Shown here: in pieces, positions 1 to 10,685 of the stretch
Layout of the letters: each line of letters opens with the position of its first letter
Position numbering within the stretch: position 1 is the first letter of the stretch
Assembly: GCA_963774705.1 (NCBI GenBank)
Contig: CAVZFW010000004.1
Location: 3,793 to 67,792, forward strand
Source of the DNA: an uncultured delta proteobacterium
GTDB taxonomy: Bacteria; Desulfobacterota; Binatia; Binatales; Binataceae
DNA: 64,000 nt
Direction: 5' to 3'
Position numbers and translations under genes: made by a program
The notes under the pieces: model-generated
Database searches by the model: none
What the model saw: the letters and a program-made list of their open reading frames with translations, nothing else
What the model was told of the DNA's origin: nothing

Positions 1-277
1 TATGCACCGCAAGCACTGGTCCGGCACGAGGTCGATGCGTCGCGCGCCGAGTCGCGAGCGGTTCATTCGGATCGCGCGGGAACGCGGCTATTGCCGGATG
101 CTTCATGAGCGCCACTCGAGTTATGAGATCTGGACGAAGAAAATAATCGCGTCGGCGCGGCTAGCGGTCGTGCGCGCGTTTGGCGCACCGATCCAGCGCG
201 TCGCGCGCGAGGAACGGCGCCTGGCGATCGCGTGCGGGATGCGTGACGGGCTGCGGCGCTCGTGAGGCAGCGACTAC

Positions 278-1413
278 CTACGTCAGAGTACCTGCAGCTT
301 CTTCGACAATCGCCAGCAATTCGCGCGCATGACGCTCCCAGGTGAAGCGCTTGGCGGCTTCGCGCGCCGCCGTGTGCAGCCGTTGGCGCTGCCGCGATAA
401 GCGCGTTCAGCCGGGATGTGAGATCCGCGCGATCGGTCGGATCGTGCACGATGTATTCGCGCATCGAGCCGGGGACAACTTCAGCGACGCCGGATTGCAC
501 GCTAGTCAACACCGGCACTCCCGAGGCCATCGCTTCGATCGCGACGTTGCCGAATGGTTCGAACAGCGACGGTAATGCGAAGGCGTCCGCGCCGCGCATC
601 AGATGGGCGACATCCGAGCGCGCGGCCGAGAAACCTCACTCGATCGTTCAGGCCGAGCCGCCGCACGAGTCTTTCATATGAGGCCGCCGCCTGATCGGTT
701 CCGATAATAATCAGGCGCGCATGGCCGCCAATCTCGGACCATCCCTCAAGCAGGAAGCGGAGTCCCTTGCGCGCGAAGCCGTTGCCCACGAACGTTACGG
801 CGGGTTGCGAATCGCTTGCGCCCAACTCGCGCCGAATCGCAGCGCGCTCGGCAGAATCTTGCGCCGGAACGAAGGACTCCAGATCCACCCCGTTGTAAAG
901 AGTCACCGCTTGAGCCGGTGCGAGCGCAAAGGTCTGAAGCAAATCGTCACGCACCAGATTGGACACTGCGATGGCCCGCTTCAATCGACGCGAACGAAAC
1001 CCGCTCCGCTCGACTAACGTCTGGATGCGATGGTACGGACTGAGTCGCATCGCGACGCGGGCGGGGGTGGACTGCCATCGGCGCGCGGCACGCAGGTAGC
1101 TCGAATGGGCACCGCCACCGGAGCGCAGGATGTCCGCATCGACGATACGCGCGAAACTGAGCACGAGTTCGGCACCGTCGCGCCGAGCGGTCGCGCCCGC
1201 GGCCCGCGCGAACCATAGGAGTCGCAAAGCGCGGCCCAGACGGGGCGCGGAGATTTGCCGCAACGGCCATTCGTCGGAAGTTGCGCGGACCTCGGCCGCA
1301 TAGATCATCACGCGATGACCCGCTCGTGAAAGGAGTCGCGCGGTGATGATCAGATCACGTTCGGTACCGCCGCCGACCGGATCGAAGCGCCGCGTTACGA
1401 GCGCGATACGCAT
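278..1413 (-). pseudogene. Glycosyltransferase family 1 (GT-B fold), frame broken twice
   Basis: ORF 502..1413 gives the N-terminal half up to VRFLGR. ORF 63..599 continues SDVAHL-MRGADAFALPSLFEPFGNVAIEAMASGVPVLTS, a typical GT1 motif. The tail KRFTWERHARELLAIVEEAAGTLT* is in a third frame, stopping at 278-280. Shifts are near 625 and near 385. Confidence 0.75.
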
Positions 1414-1520
1414 CGTTCGGTGATCGCGGCCGGCGGCCTTAGCTGCCGACCGAGTCGCGGAACAGCTAGCTGTCCGCGGAGGCGGCTTATGATATTTTCG
1501 TATGGTGAGGTGGAGGAGCG

Positions 1521-2826
1521 GTGACGATCGACGTTCAATGTACTAGCTGCCATACGCGCTACCGAATCGACGAACAGGTACTGCCCGAGGGTACTCCGAC
1601 ATTCAAGTGTTCGCGATGCGGTCACGTGTTCACAATCGATCCGCGCGGCGCTACTCGGGGGGATGAAGCGGCGGAATCTGCCCCGGCCAGTTCGGCGGGA
1701 CCTGCGCCTCGGGCAAAGCGTCAACCGCGCACCGCCGCGGCGGAATCGATGGTCGGAGAGAAATCGGTACCCGATCCGCAGGCTGGATGGGTCAGCGGCG
1801 ACGCAACGGCAAATAACGCCCCGGCCAGGGATCGGGCATCGACGATAGAGGCAGTCGAGAAGGAAGCTGCGGCCGCCGCAGATCCTGAGCCAGTCACAGA
1901 AAAACCATCGACCGACGATTTGTTGTCGAAACCGTTTCGCGACGAGGATTCACCGTCGGGCGAAAATCTGCGGTTCGATTTCAATGACGACCGCATGGAG
2001 CGTGCAGCCCCCGGACAAGATGAAATCGCGCACGTTCGCGATAGCGGCGAATGGCAGGTTGGCGAAGCCGACGAGGCAGTGGCCGATGATGCGACGATGG
2101 CGACGCATGCGCAAACTTTCCCCGGCAGCTCCACGAGGACTGAAGAGCCTGTGCCGGAATCGACGGTCCGTCGGAGGACGGCTCGCCCTGCGACGCCGTC
2201 GAAGCCCGATGACGAGGTGGAATTCGTCGATGAGGATGCGGCGCCAATCTACAATCGAAGCGTAGCGACGCATTCGGCGCGGTTTTTCGTGGCGTTGTTC
2301 ACGCTGGTCGCGATCGGCTACGGCGCCGTCACAATGCTGATCCGGAGTGCGCCCGCGACCGCGGCTGAGATGCTGAGTCATCTGCCGAAAGTCGGCGATC
2401 GCTTCGTCCTGCCAATTGCACCGGCCCGCCTGGTCGCGATGCGCGATGTGCACGCCGACTATCTGCGGACCAAGGGCGGTCACGTCGCGCTGGTGGTCAC
2501 GGGGATCGCCGAGAACGTCGGCGGTAGCGCCGTTGCATGCGGTGCAGATTGCGGCGAGTCTGCGCGACGCCGCCGAGCGTCCGCTGGCCGACCGCGCGGT
2601 CTATTGCGGCAACAATCTCTCGGCGGCGATGGTGCGGCAGATGACGCCGCATGAAGTCGAATTTTTCCAGAAGCTCGACCCGCCCAAGGCCTTTACGCTC
2701 GATCCATCGGCCACCGCACCGTTCGTAATCGTCTTTATCGATCCGCCGACGACCGTGAGCCGATTCGACGTCTCGGTGGCGAGTGCTCTCAGGAGCGCGT
2801 CGCCGACAGAGAGCAGCAGCGGATGA
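1521..2826 (+). pseudogene. Zinc-ribbon (MJ0042-type) protein with one TM helix and a DUF3426-like C-terminal domain, one frameshift
   Basis: The N-terminus VQCTSCHTRYRIDEQVLPEGTPTFKCSRCGHVF is a CxxC...CxxC ribbon, followed by a long low-complexity acidic linker and a TM segment FFVALFTLVAIGYGAV. The C-terminal domain continues in ORF 2416..2826 (PLHAVQIAASLRDAAERPLADRAVYCGNN...). Junction near 2530. The family name is from memory. Confidence 0.6.
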
Positions 2827-2840
2827 TTCGCGATCAGGCT

Positions 2841-3233
2841 CTACTCCTTTTCGCGCGCGACCAGCTCGGCGTATTCGTCGTTCTCCATCAGGTCCTCGAA
2901 GTCTGCGGGATCGCTCACCTTCACCTTGATCAACCAGCCGTCGCCGTAGGGATCCTCGTTGACGACTTCGGGACTTTCCGGCAAATCTTCATTGACTTCG
3001 ACCACGGTGCCGCTGACCGGCGCGTAGATGTCCGAGACCGCCTTGACCGATTCGACTACGCCAAAAGGATCGTCCTTGCTGACCTTCTCGCCGACCGAAG
3101 GTAACTCGATATATACAATTTCTCCAAGTTGTTCTTGCGCATGATCGGTGATGCCGATGGTCGCGACCGATTCCTCGGTCGCGACCCATTCATGCTCCTT
3201 CGAGTATTTGAGTCCCGGCGGTGCCTCCATCAT
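2841..3233 (-). CDS. gcvH: Glycine cleavage system protein H
   Basis: 130-aa ORF with the lipoyl-lysine motif region VESVKAVSDIYAPVSG and overall GcvH-like sequence (YSKEHEWV...GDGWLIKV). Confidence 0.95.
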   Translation of the reverse strand: MMEAPPGLKYSKEHEWVATEESVATIGITDHAQEQLGEIVYIELPSVGEKVSKDDPFGVVESVKAVSDIYAPVSGTVVEVNEDLPESPEVVNEDPYGDGWLIKVKVSDPADFEDLMENDEYAELVAREKE

Positions 3234-3503
3234 GTTCTCCCAAATTCATCGAGGCGTCGATCCGGCTCTTACGCCGAACGCGGCGGACACGAATCAATCC
3301 TTACTTTTTATCAAGCGCGGCGCGAATCCTAATGTCAAGATTTCGCAAGCAAGCCGGTGCAGCGCTCTGACGGCTTTCAGTCTAACAATGGTTTCGCACG
3401 ATGGCTTTCGACGCAACCATCGTGAATTATTATTCCCCACGCACCGGCACAGCGAGTCAACCCGTAACGTACTTTTCGATTAAAACCCGCAGCAGGTAAC
3501 GAG

Positions 3504-4610
3504 ATGATCATTGGCGTTCCGACAGAGATCAAGCCTGACGAACGGCGCGTCGCGCTCACTCCCGCGGGAGCGGCCGGTTTGCGCCATCACGGCCATTCGG
3601 TGATTGTGCAGCGCGGCGCAGGCGTCGGCAGCGGCTTCAGCGATCGCGACTATCGAGCGGCCGGCGCACGCATCGTGGAGTCGGTGGCGACCGTCTGGGG
3701 AAGCGCGTCGATGGTGCTCAAGGTCAAGGAACCGCAACCATCCGAATACAAATACCTCCGCCCTGGCCTCATCCTTTTTACCTATCTACATCTTGCACCC
3801 GATCGACGACTGGCGCGCGAACTCGTGCGGCGGCAGGTCACCGCGTTGGGCTACGAAACCGTGCAACTGGAAGATGGGAGTCTGCCATTGCTCGCACCGA
3901 TGAGCGAAGTCGCCGGACGGCTTGCGGTGCAGGTCGGCGGATGGTGCCTGCAGGCGCAAAACGGCGGACGCGGAGTATTGCTCAGTGGCGCACCCGGTGT
4001 GCGTCCCGGCAAAGTGGTTATCATTGGCGGGGGCATCGCGGGGTTCAACGCATGCCGGGTGGCCGCAGGCGTCGGTGCCGAGGTCACGATCCTCGACGTC
4101 AATCCATCGCGCCTGCGCTATTTGAGCGACGTGCTCGGCGGCACCGCGATCACCGTGATGTCGAATCGCGCGACGCTCGAAGAAGAAATCACGCAGGCGG
4201 ATTTGGTGGTGGGGACAGTGCTCGTGACTGGTGCGCGGGCCCCGCGTCTGATTACCGCCCGCACGGTGAGTCAAATGAAGCCGGGCGCGGCGTTAGTCGA
4301 TCTCTCGATCGATCAAGGCGGAATTTCTGAAACCTCACATCCAACGACCCACGCGCATCCGATCTACATTCAGGGAGGCGTCGTGCACTACTGCGTCACG
4401 AATATGCCGGGCGCTGTTCCGCACACGTCTACCTATGCGCTAACCAATGCGACGCTTTCATACGCGCTCGATATCGCGGACCATGGACTGCTCGAGGCCG
4501 GTGCGCGCGATCGTGCGATTCGCCACGGCCTTAATACGTATGCGGGCCACGTCGTGCATCCGGCGGTGGCAGAGTCGCTACGAATGAAGCCGGTCTCGCC
4601 GTGGACTTAG
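3504..4610 (+). CDS. ald: Alanine dehydrogenase
   Basis: 368 aa. N-terminus MIIGVPTEIKPDERRVALTP, Rossmann motif VVIIGGGIAGFNA, and overall Ald/PNT family pattern. Confidence 0.93.
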   Translation: MIIGVPTEIKPDERRVALTPAGAAGLRHHGHSVIVQRGAGVGSGFSDRDYRAAGARIVESVATVWGSASMVLKVKEPQPSEYKYLRPGLILFTYLHLAPDRRLARELVRRQVTALGYETVQLEDGSLPLLAPMSEVAGRLAVQVGGWCLQAQNGGRGVLLSGAPGVRPGKVVIIGGGIAGFNACRVAAGVGAEVTILDVNPSRLRYLSDVLGGTAITVMSNRATLEEEITQADLVVGTVLVTGARAPRLITARTVSQMKPGAALVDLSIDQGGISETSHPTTHAHPIYIQGGVVHYCVTNMPGAVPHTSTYALTNATLSYALDIADHGLLEAGARDRAIRHGLNTYAGHVVHPAVAESLRMKPVSPWT

Positions 4611-4668
4611 TAATGAGTGGTAACCCGACAATCGCGCCACTGACTATTCGAGGTGGCTAATTGCGCAG

Positions 4669-5397
4669 CTATTGGCCCTGCAGTACCGGCTGAATCGTCA
4701 ATTTCGAGTAAAGATTGGCCAGTGCGGCGTTGACGCCTTCCTGGGCGATGTCGTGCGCACGCACCCAGCGCCCCTTGTTCTGAATAAAATGGGGCAGGTC
4801 GAAGATATTCTCGGTTAAGGCTTTCTGCGCGCGCGCATACTTTGCCGTCCACACAATCTGTCCCGAATGCTCGTCAACGAAATTGAGCGTGAGTGCGACT
4901 GCGGCAGGCGTCTGGGCCGAGTACTCGAAGCCGACCCGTTCACGATACTTGTTCACCGAGCCGTAGATTACGCCGTCGGCGGCGACCTTCTTACCCAACG
5001 CGAGCGCGTTGGCGTCCATGTTTGTGGCGTTCGTCGGAGGCAACTGCTGCATCGCGTCACCGACGTCGTCCTGCGGCACCACCTGCCATCCACCGACGAC
5101 TGACGCTTGGGCATAGATCTGCGCGGTAACCGACTCCGAGGATCCGGGGGGCAATTCCTTGTCGATCTGATCGGGCGAATCGATAAGCGGCATCACTGCA
5201 ATTTTGTGAATGATGACCTGTTTGATCGAGCGCACCGCGTGCACGTTCAGTCCGGTGTCATCGCCAATAAACGGCATCCCGCGAACGGTGTCGTTGATCT
5301 GGTCTTCGAATTTCGTGTCGATGTTCTTGTTGCAGGCGGGCGCACCGAACAACAATCCGAATGCGAGAATCGAAACCGTGAACCAGCGTCGCTTCAC
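4669..5397 (-). CDS. Lipoprotein of unknown function (DUF799/GNA1162-like by recollection)
   Basis: Signal peptide plus lipobox MKRRWFTVSILAFGLLFGAPAC. The start overlaps the aspS stop by 4 nt (5394-5397), suggesting translational coupling. Confidence 0.6.
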   Translation of the reverse strand: MKRRWFTVSILAFGLLFGAPACNKNIDTKFEDQINDTVRGMPFIGDDTGLNVHAVRSIKQVIIHKIAVMPLIDSPDQIDKELPPGSSESVTAQIYAQASVVGGWQVVPQDDVGDAMQQLPPTNATNMDANALALGKKVAADGVIYGSVNKYRERVGFEYSAQTPAAVALTLNFVDEHSGQIVWTAKYARAQKALTENIFDLPHFIQNKGRWVRAHDIAQEGVNAALANLYSKLTIQPVLQGQ

Positions 5398-7190
5398 AGC
5401 GCAACCTTGATTGACAGCTCGCGCAGTTGGCGCGCGTCAACCTCTGACGGCGCGCCACTCATCGTATCGACGGCCTTTTGGGTTTTGGGAAAGGCCATGA
5501 CGTCGCGCAGCGAATCGGTGCCGCAGACCATCATCGCGATGCGATCAACGCCGAAGGCGATGCCGCCATGCGGTGGCGCGCCGTACCCGAGCGCATCGAG
5601 CAGGAAGCCAAACTTGGCGCCGGCCTCTTCGCGCGAAATTCCGAGTAGCTCGAAGACCTTCAATTGCAGTTCCGCGTTATGAATACGAATCGAGCCTCCA
5701 CCCATCTCCTGCCCGTTGAGCACCATGTCATAAGCCAGCGCGCGCGCTTCGAGCGGTTTCGAGTCCAGCAGTGCAAGGTCGTCGGGATTGGGCGCGGTGA
5801 ACGGATGGTTCACCGAGACCAGCCGCTTCTCCTCGTCGCTATAATCGAACAGTGGGAAGTCGACCACCCACAAGAACTTGAGCGCGCGCTCGTCGCGCAG
5901 ATTGAACTTCGTGCCGAGTTGCAGACGCACGTCGCCGAGCAGCGGACATACTTTGCCGCGCGGCCCCGCGACCATCAGCAGCGTATCGCCAATCCGGAGA
6001 CCGCTCGTTTCGACGGTGCGTTGACGCTGCTCGTCGCCGATGAACTTCGCGACCGGACCCTGCCAGCCGTCGGCGTTGAGTTTGACCCACGCCAGTCCCA
6101 TGCCCTGCCGCCTCTTGATCGACTCAGTCAGCTCGTCCAGCTCACGGCGCGAGAGCTGATACTCGCCCGGCAGCGCGAGTCCATAGATCGTTTCCCCTCG
6201 CGCAATCACGTCGGCGAAAACTTTGAACGTGGTTCCGGCGAACGCCGGAGTTAGGTTTTTCAGTTCGAGCGCAAAGCGCACATCAGGTTTGTCCGATCCG
6301 AAACGATCCATCGCTTCCGCATACCGCATCCGCGGAAACGGCCGCTCGATCGCGACGTCGAGGGCATATTGGTAAATCGACGCCATCATACCTTCGGCCA
6401 TGCGGTAGATGTCTTCTGGCCGCGGACCGGTCATCTCGATATCGATCTGGCTGAACTCGGGCTGGCGATTGGCGCGCAAATCCTCGTCGCGGAAGCATCG
6501 TGCGATTTGGTAGTAGCGATCGAAGCCACCCACCATCAGGATTTGCTTGAGCAATTGCGGCGATTGTGGCAGCGCATAAAACTTGCCCGGATTCACGCGG
6601 CTTGGCACCAGGTAGTCGCGTGCGCCCTCGGGCGTCGCGCGAAACAGAATTGGCGTCTCGACCTCGACAAAACCGTCGGCGTCCAGAAATGCGCGCGCGC
6701 CGCGTAACGCCTGATGCCGCCGGCGCAGATTCCGCTGCATCCCGTCACGGCGCAAATCCAGGTAGCGATACTTGAGCCGGACTTCTTCTGCCGTATTATC
6801 GGCCCCGGTGATCGGAAACGGCGGCGCATTCGAGGGATTCAAAATCTCGGCAGCCGTGACTGCGATTTCGATTTCGCCGGTCGGCAGCTCGGAGTTGACG
6901 GTGCCCTCCCGCCGCAGGACGACCGCGCCCTTGACCGCGATGTAATATTCCGACCGCGCGGCCGCCGCGACTATATGCGCGCCCTGATCGTGCGCGGGAT
7001 TGAAAACCAGTTGCACGATGCCCTCGCGGTCGCGCAAATCGATGAAGACAAGGCTGCCATGATCGCGACGCGTCGCGACCCAACCCCACAGCGCGACTTC
7101 GCGCCCGGCGTCGGTCGCGCGCAACGCGCCGCAGTAATCGGTCCGCGACCAAGGTGGCAGCGGCGAAAATGAATTATTTTTTTCCGGCAT
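5394..7190 (-). CDS. aspS: Aspartate--tRNA ligase
   Basis: 598-aa uninterrupted ORF with class II aaRS motifs (FRDEDLRANRQPEFSQIDIEM, GGGSIRIH, GLDRIAMM-like GVDRIAMM). Confidence 0.95.
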   Translation of the reverse strand: MPEKNNSFSPLPPWSRTDYCGALRATDAGREVALWGWVATRRDHGSLVFIDLRDREGIVQLVFNPAHDQGAHIVAAAARSEYYIAVKGAVVLRREGTVNSELPTGEIEIAVTAAEILNPSNAPPFPITGADNTAEEVRLKYRYLDLRRDGMQRNLRRRHQALRGARAFLDADGFVEVETPILFRATPEGARDYLVPSRVNPGKFYALPQSPQLLKQILMVGGFDRYYQIARCFRDEDLRANRQPEFSQIDIEMTGPRPEDIYRMAEGMMASIYQYALDVAIERPFPRMRYAEAMDRFGSDKPDVRFALELKNLTPAFAGTTFKVFADVIARGETIYGLALPGEYQLSRRELDELTESIKRRQGMGLAWVKLNADGWQGPVAKFIGDEQRQRTVETSGLRIGDTLLMVAGPRGKVCPLLGDVRLQLGTKFNLRDERALKFLWVVDFPLFDYSDEEKRLVSVNHPFTAPNPDDLALLDSKPLEARALAYDMVLNGQEMGGGSIRIHNAELQLKVFELLGISREEAGAKFGFLLDALGYGAPPHGGIAFGVDRIAMMVCGTDSLRDVMAFPKTQKAVDTMSGAPSEVDARQLRELSIKVAL

Positions 7191-7239
7191 CGGGATCCAA
7201 GCTAGAAAGAATACCTACGCTGGTCGGCGCGCGAAATAG

Positions 7240-8514
7240 TCAGTTAGGCGAATCGGCGGCGATTTCGGCGGCCACCGCGTCATTCGCGATCTCACGCTGC
7301 GTGCTGGCCTTGAGATCGCGAACCTGGACCACGCCGCGCGCTAACTCGTTCTCGCCCATGATCAGCGCGTAACGCGCGCCAACTTTATCGGCACGCCGCA
7401 GTAAAGCCTTGAGGCCGCGTTCGGGCGAAAGCGTCTCGACCCGCAGCTTGGCCGCACGCAATGACCTGGCGAGGTCCATCGCATTGACCATCGCGCGATC
7501 GCCCATCGCGATGATCGCCACATCGGGCGCCCCATCGAGTTTGAAACGTGCGGTCTCGAGCGCGAGCGCAATCCGTTCGACGCCGATCGCGAAGCCGGTT
7601 CCCGCGACCGCCGCGCCGCCCAGCGCCTCGACGAGCCCATCGTAACGGCCGCCCGCGACCACCGCGCTCTGCGCTCCGACCGCCTTCGAAATCGCTTCGA
7701 AGGTCGTGCGCGTGTAGTAGTCGAGCCCGCGTACCAGCCGTGGATTGACTGTGTACGGGACGCTCGCCTTGGTCAGCAGTTCCTCGACCGTACGGAAATG
7801 CTTGCGGCACGGGTCGCACAAATAGTCCGAACTGCGCGGCGCGGTCTGCGCCAGCTTGACGTCGTTCTTGCAGTCGAGCAGCCGCAATGGATTACGTTCG
7901 AGCCGCTGATGACAGTCCTCGCAAAGTTGATCGAGATGCGCCCGGCCCCATTCGAGCAAGGCCTGGCGAAACGCCGGACGGCAATTCGCGTCGCCGAGCG
8001 AGTTGATCTCGAATTCGACTTCGAGCCCCAACTCTCGCCGAAACTCATCCACCATGATCATCAGTTCGGCGTCGCAGGCCGCGTCGGCCCGCCCGAAGAT
8101 TTCGACGCCAAACTGGTTGAACTGCCGAAAGCGCCCCTTCTGGGGCCGTTCGCGCCGAAACATCGGTCCGTAATAGTAGAAGCGCTGCTCCGGTTCGCTG
8201 CGATCGAGCCCGGCGTCGATATATGCGCGCACCACGCCGGGCGTCCCTTCGGGCCGCAATGCCAGCGTGGTCTGCGCCTCGTCGCGGTCCGTGAATGCGT
8301 ACATTTGCTTTTCGACCACGTCCGAAGTTTCGCCGCTCGACCGTTGGTAAAGTTCGAGCCGCTCCAGCAGCGGAATCCTGATTTCATTGATCGAGTAACG
8401 CTCGGCAACGGTCCGCGCGCAATTTTCAACGATTCCCACCGCGCGTGCGTCGGGTCCGATCAGATCCTGAAATCCTCTGAGCCGTGTGAGTGCCAAAATA
8501 CTTCCGTCTTCCAA
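7240..8514 (-). CDS. hisS: Histidine--tRNA ligase
   Basis: 424-aa ORF. HisS-like motifs MFRRERPQKGRFRQFNQFGVE, GGRYDGLV and GFAIGVERI. Confidence 0.95.
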   Translation of the reverse strand: MEDGSILALTRLRGFQDLIGPDARAVGIVENCARTVAERYSINEIRIPLLERLELYQRSSGETSDVVEKQMYAFTDRDEAQTTLALRPEGTPGVVRAYIDAGLDRSEPEQRFYYYGPMFRRERPQKGRFRQFNQFGVEIFGRADAACDAELMIMVDEFRRELGLEVEFEINSLGDANCRPAFRQALLEWGRAHLDQLCEDCHQRLERNPLRLLDCKNDVKLAQTAPRSSDYLCDPCRKHFRTVEELLTKASVPYTVNPRLVRGLDYYTRTTFEAISKAVGAQSAVVAGGRYDGLVEALGGAAVAGTGFAIGVERIALALETARFKLDGAPDVAIIAMGDRAMVNAMDLARSLRAAKLRVETLSPERGLKALLRRADKVGARYALIMGENELARGVVQVRDLKASTQREIANDAVAAEIAADSPN

Positions 8515-8587
8515 CTACAATAGTTGCCGCGGGGACGCCGCCTAATCGCCTAGCCTAGCAGAAATTCGTCTGCGGCCAGCGCATAAG

Positions 8588-8617
8588 AAAAGGGGCCACT
8601 CGCGAGCGGCCCCTTTT
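8588..8617. terminator. Bidirectional intrinsic terminator-like hairpin
   Basis: aaaa-GGGGCCaCTCGCGAGcGGCCCC-tttt: a GC stem flanked by an A-run and a T-run, 30 nt downstream of the thiolase stop (minus strand). Confidence 0.6.
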
Positions 8618-8647
8618 ACTTACTCTAGCGGATCGGCGCTATGCCGC

Positions 8648-9811
8648 TTACACCGTCAGCAGATGAATCGTGCATGCTGAGCCGAGTCCAATGACGTGCG
8701 CCATGCCGACCCTTGCATTCGGCACCAGCCGCTCCTTCGCGCGATCGTCCTGCGTCAGATGCCACACGATCTCGCAAATATTCGCCACGCCCGTCGCGCC
8801 CAATGGATGGCCCTTCGAGAGCAGGCCCCCCGAAACGTTAACAGGAGCCTTGCCACCGAGCCCCGGATGCATCCCACCGCCCTCGTCGATGAACTTGCCC
8901 GCCTCGCCGTCGCCGCACAGCCCGAGGTTCTCGTAATGCACCAGCTCGGCCGTCGCGAAACAGTCATGCAGTTCGGTCAGCGAAACGTCCTGCGGTCCGA
9001 TGCCCGCCTTCTCGAAGGCCTGCTTCGCCGCGCGCCGCGTCAGCGTGCTCACGTCGGGCAGCGTCAGATCGCGCTCCGTATAAGGATCGGAGGTCAGCAC
9101 CGACGCCGCAACGCGCGCGCGTTTGCGCCCGCCAGCGTACTGTTTCAGCTTGTCCTCGGACACGAGAATCGCCGCCGCCGCGCCGTCTCCCGTTGGGCAA
9201 CACATATAGAGCGTGTTCGGAAACGCCACCATGCGGGCGTTGAGCACGTCCTCGAGCGTCACCTCATTGCGATATTGCGAGTATGGATTCTTCGTCGCAT
9301 GCTTGTGTGACTTCACCGAAATCTTGGCGAAATGCTCGAGCGTCGTGCCGTACTTGCGCATGTGCTCGATACCCGCCTGGCCGAACACCGCCGGCATCAG
9401 CCCCGAGCCGAGCCGCCCCTCGGTCGCATACGCCGGATCGGTCCCGCCGCCGCCACCGCCGAGCAGCCCTTGTTTGCCCATCTGCTCGACGCCCACCGCC
9501 ATCGTGATGTCGTACATCCCCGACGCCACCGCCATGTACGCCTCGCGAAACGCTGTCGAGCCGGTCGCGCACGCATTCGACACGTTGATCACCGGGATGC
9601 CGGTCTGGCCGATTTGCTGGAGGATGCGCTGCCCGATCATTGCGTTGGATTGGAACAGGTTGCCCGACGCGAATAGCTCGACGTCCTGGATGGTGACGCC
9701 CGCGTCCTTGAGCGCCATCAGCGCCGCATCCGAGCCCAGCTCCGGCACTGACTTGTCCGGATAGCGCCCGAATTTGATCATCCCGGTGCCCAGAACATAT
9801 ACGTTGCGCAT
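8648..9811 (-). CDS. Thiolase-family protein (SCP-x / lipid-transfer type acetyl-CoA acetyltransferase-like)
   Basis: MRNVYVLGTGMIKFGRY..., catalytic Cys context VSNACATGSTAF, C-terminal GHPLGATG. I prefer the ATG at 9811 because GGAGGA lies 7 nt upstream; the track ORF extends to 9847. Confidence 0.85.
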   Translation of the reverse strand: MRNVYVLGTGMIKFGRYPDKSVPELGSDAALMALKDAGVTIQDVELFASGNLFQSNAMIGQRILQQIGQTGIPVINVSNACATGSTAFREAYMAVASGMYDITMAVGVEQMGKQGLLGGGGGGTDPAYATEGRLGSGLMPAVFGQAGIEHMRKYGTTLEHFAKISVKSHKHATKNPYSQYRNEVTLEDVLNARMVAFPNTLYMCCPTGDGAAAAILVSEDKLKQYAGGRKRARVAASVLTSDPYTERDLTLPDVSTLTRRAAKQAFEKAGIGPQDVSLTELHDCFATAELVHYENLGLCGDGEAGKFIDEGGGMHPGLGGKAPVNVSGGLLSKGHPLGATGVANICEIVWHLTQDDRAKERLVPNARVGMAHVIGLGSACTIHLLTV

Positions 9812-9937
9812 CTCAAATCCTCCTCGGGGCTCTCGCTGAGCGGCCATCGATTGTACCGGTCCGCCGCGCCGCCCGTATCTAAAGTTGTTCTTCGCTTCGC
9901 CTGATACCCGCTCGTCTCGCTTCCGTGAAACAGTGAA

Positions 9938-10390
9938 CTAGTTTTTGCTCGGCCGGTACTGAAACGCCACGACCTCGTTCCCCTGCCGATCTTTCGAGAC
10001 CACGTTGGCGACCATCTCGACCGGCATGCCGAAGGCCATCTTCGGGTTCTTCTGTAACTCTTCAGGATCCACGTCAACCAGGTTCGACTTGACGCTGACG
10101 CCCTCGGGCAGGTCGATAATCGCGGTTATATAGGGAGTCTTGATACCAGGAAACGACTGATGGATCACCGAAAAAACCCATACGTTGCCCTTGTTCGAGA
10201 GCGGGATTTGCGTGAACTGATTGGTCGCGCCACATTTCGAGCACGCCGTCCGCTTGAGGTCGAGGAACACCGCGCCGCAATTGCCGCATTTGCTGCCCAC
10301 CAGATGCGGACTCGGCTCGAGTTTCAAAAACGGCAGAATGGGGCGCTTGCCCGGCTGTTCGGTGCTTTCGGTTTTCGCCTGCTCGGCCAT
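9938..10390 (-). CDS. Zn-ribbon/OB-fold protein (DUF35), thiolase partner
   Basis: 150 aa with a CGNCGAVF...CSKCGA rubredoxin-like ribbon followed by an OB-fold-like region. It lies directly upstream of the thiolase, the common DUF35-thiolase pairing. Confidence 0.85.
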   Translation of the reverse strand: MAEQAKTESTEQPGKRPILPFLKLEPSPHLVGSKCGNCGAVFLDLKRTACSKCGATNQFTQIPLSNKGNVWVFSVIHQSFPGIKTPYITAIIDLPEGVSVKSNLVDVDPEELQKNPKMAFGMPVEMVANVVSKDRQGNEVVAFQYRPSKN

Positions 10391-10685
10391 TGAATACCTC
10401 CCGCGCTCGTTCGCAATAGCGTGCTCGATCGGTGCGTGTTGAAAGGATCGTTACGCTCACACTTCGACGGACGCTACCGCACCGGCCAGTTTCCCACAGC
10501 CCTCGACGAATCGTCAACCGCCACCACCGACGGGCAGTTGCGCCTTTGAAAATCATGGAATAACAGGCCAACTATGAGAAGCCCATGCAAAAGAGCAAAG
10601 CCAAAAACGGAAGCGATCGAGGAGCGTCATCGCGAAATCGTCGAAGCCAAAAATCTACCGAAAAGGCCGAAAAGTCCCTCCGCGC

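Noticed and set aside
2-277. The partial ORF at the left edge (2..265, plus strand)
   Set aside because: There is no recognisable motif in any frame, and the region overlaps the out-of-frame read-through of the GT1 fragment. The sequence is too short to call.
3234-3503. A glycine riboswitch upstream of gcvH
   Set aside because: The reverse complement of the gap lacks the conserved GGAGAG…CACCG…AAGG(G/A)GCAA aptamer blocks. The only structure noticed is an 8-bp stem hairpin at 3397-3424.
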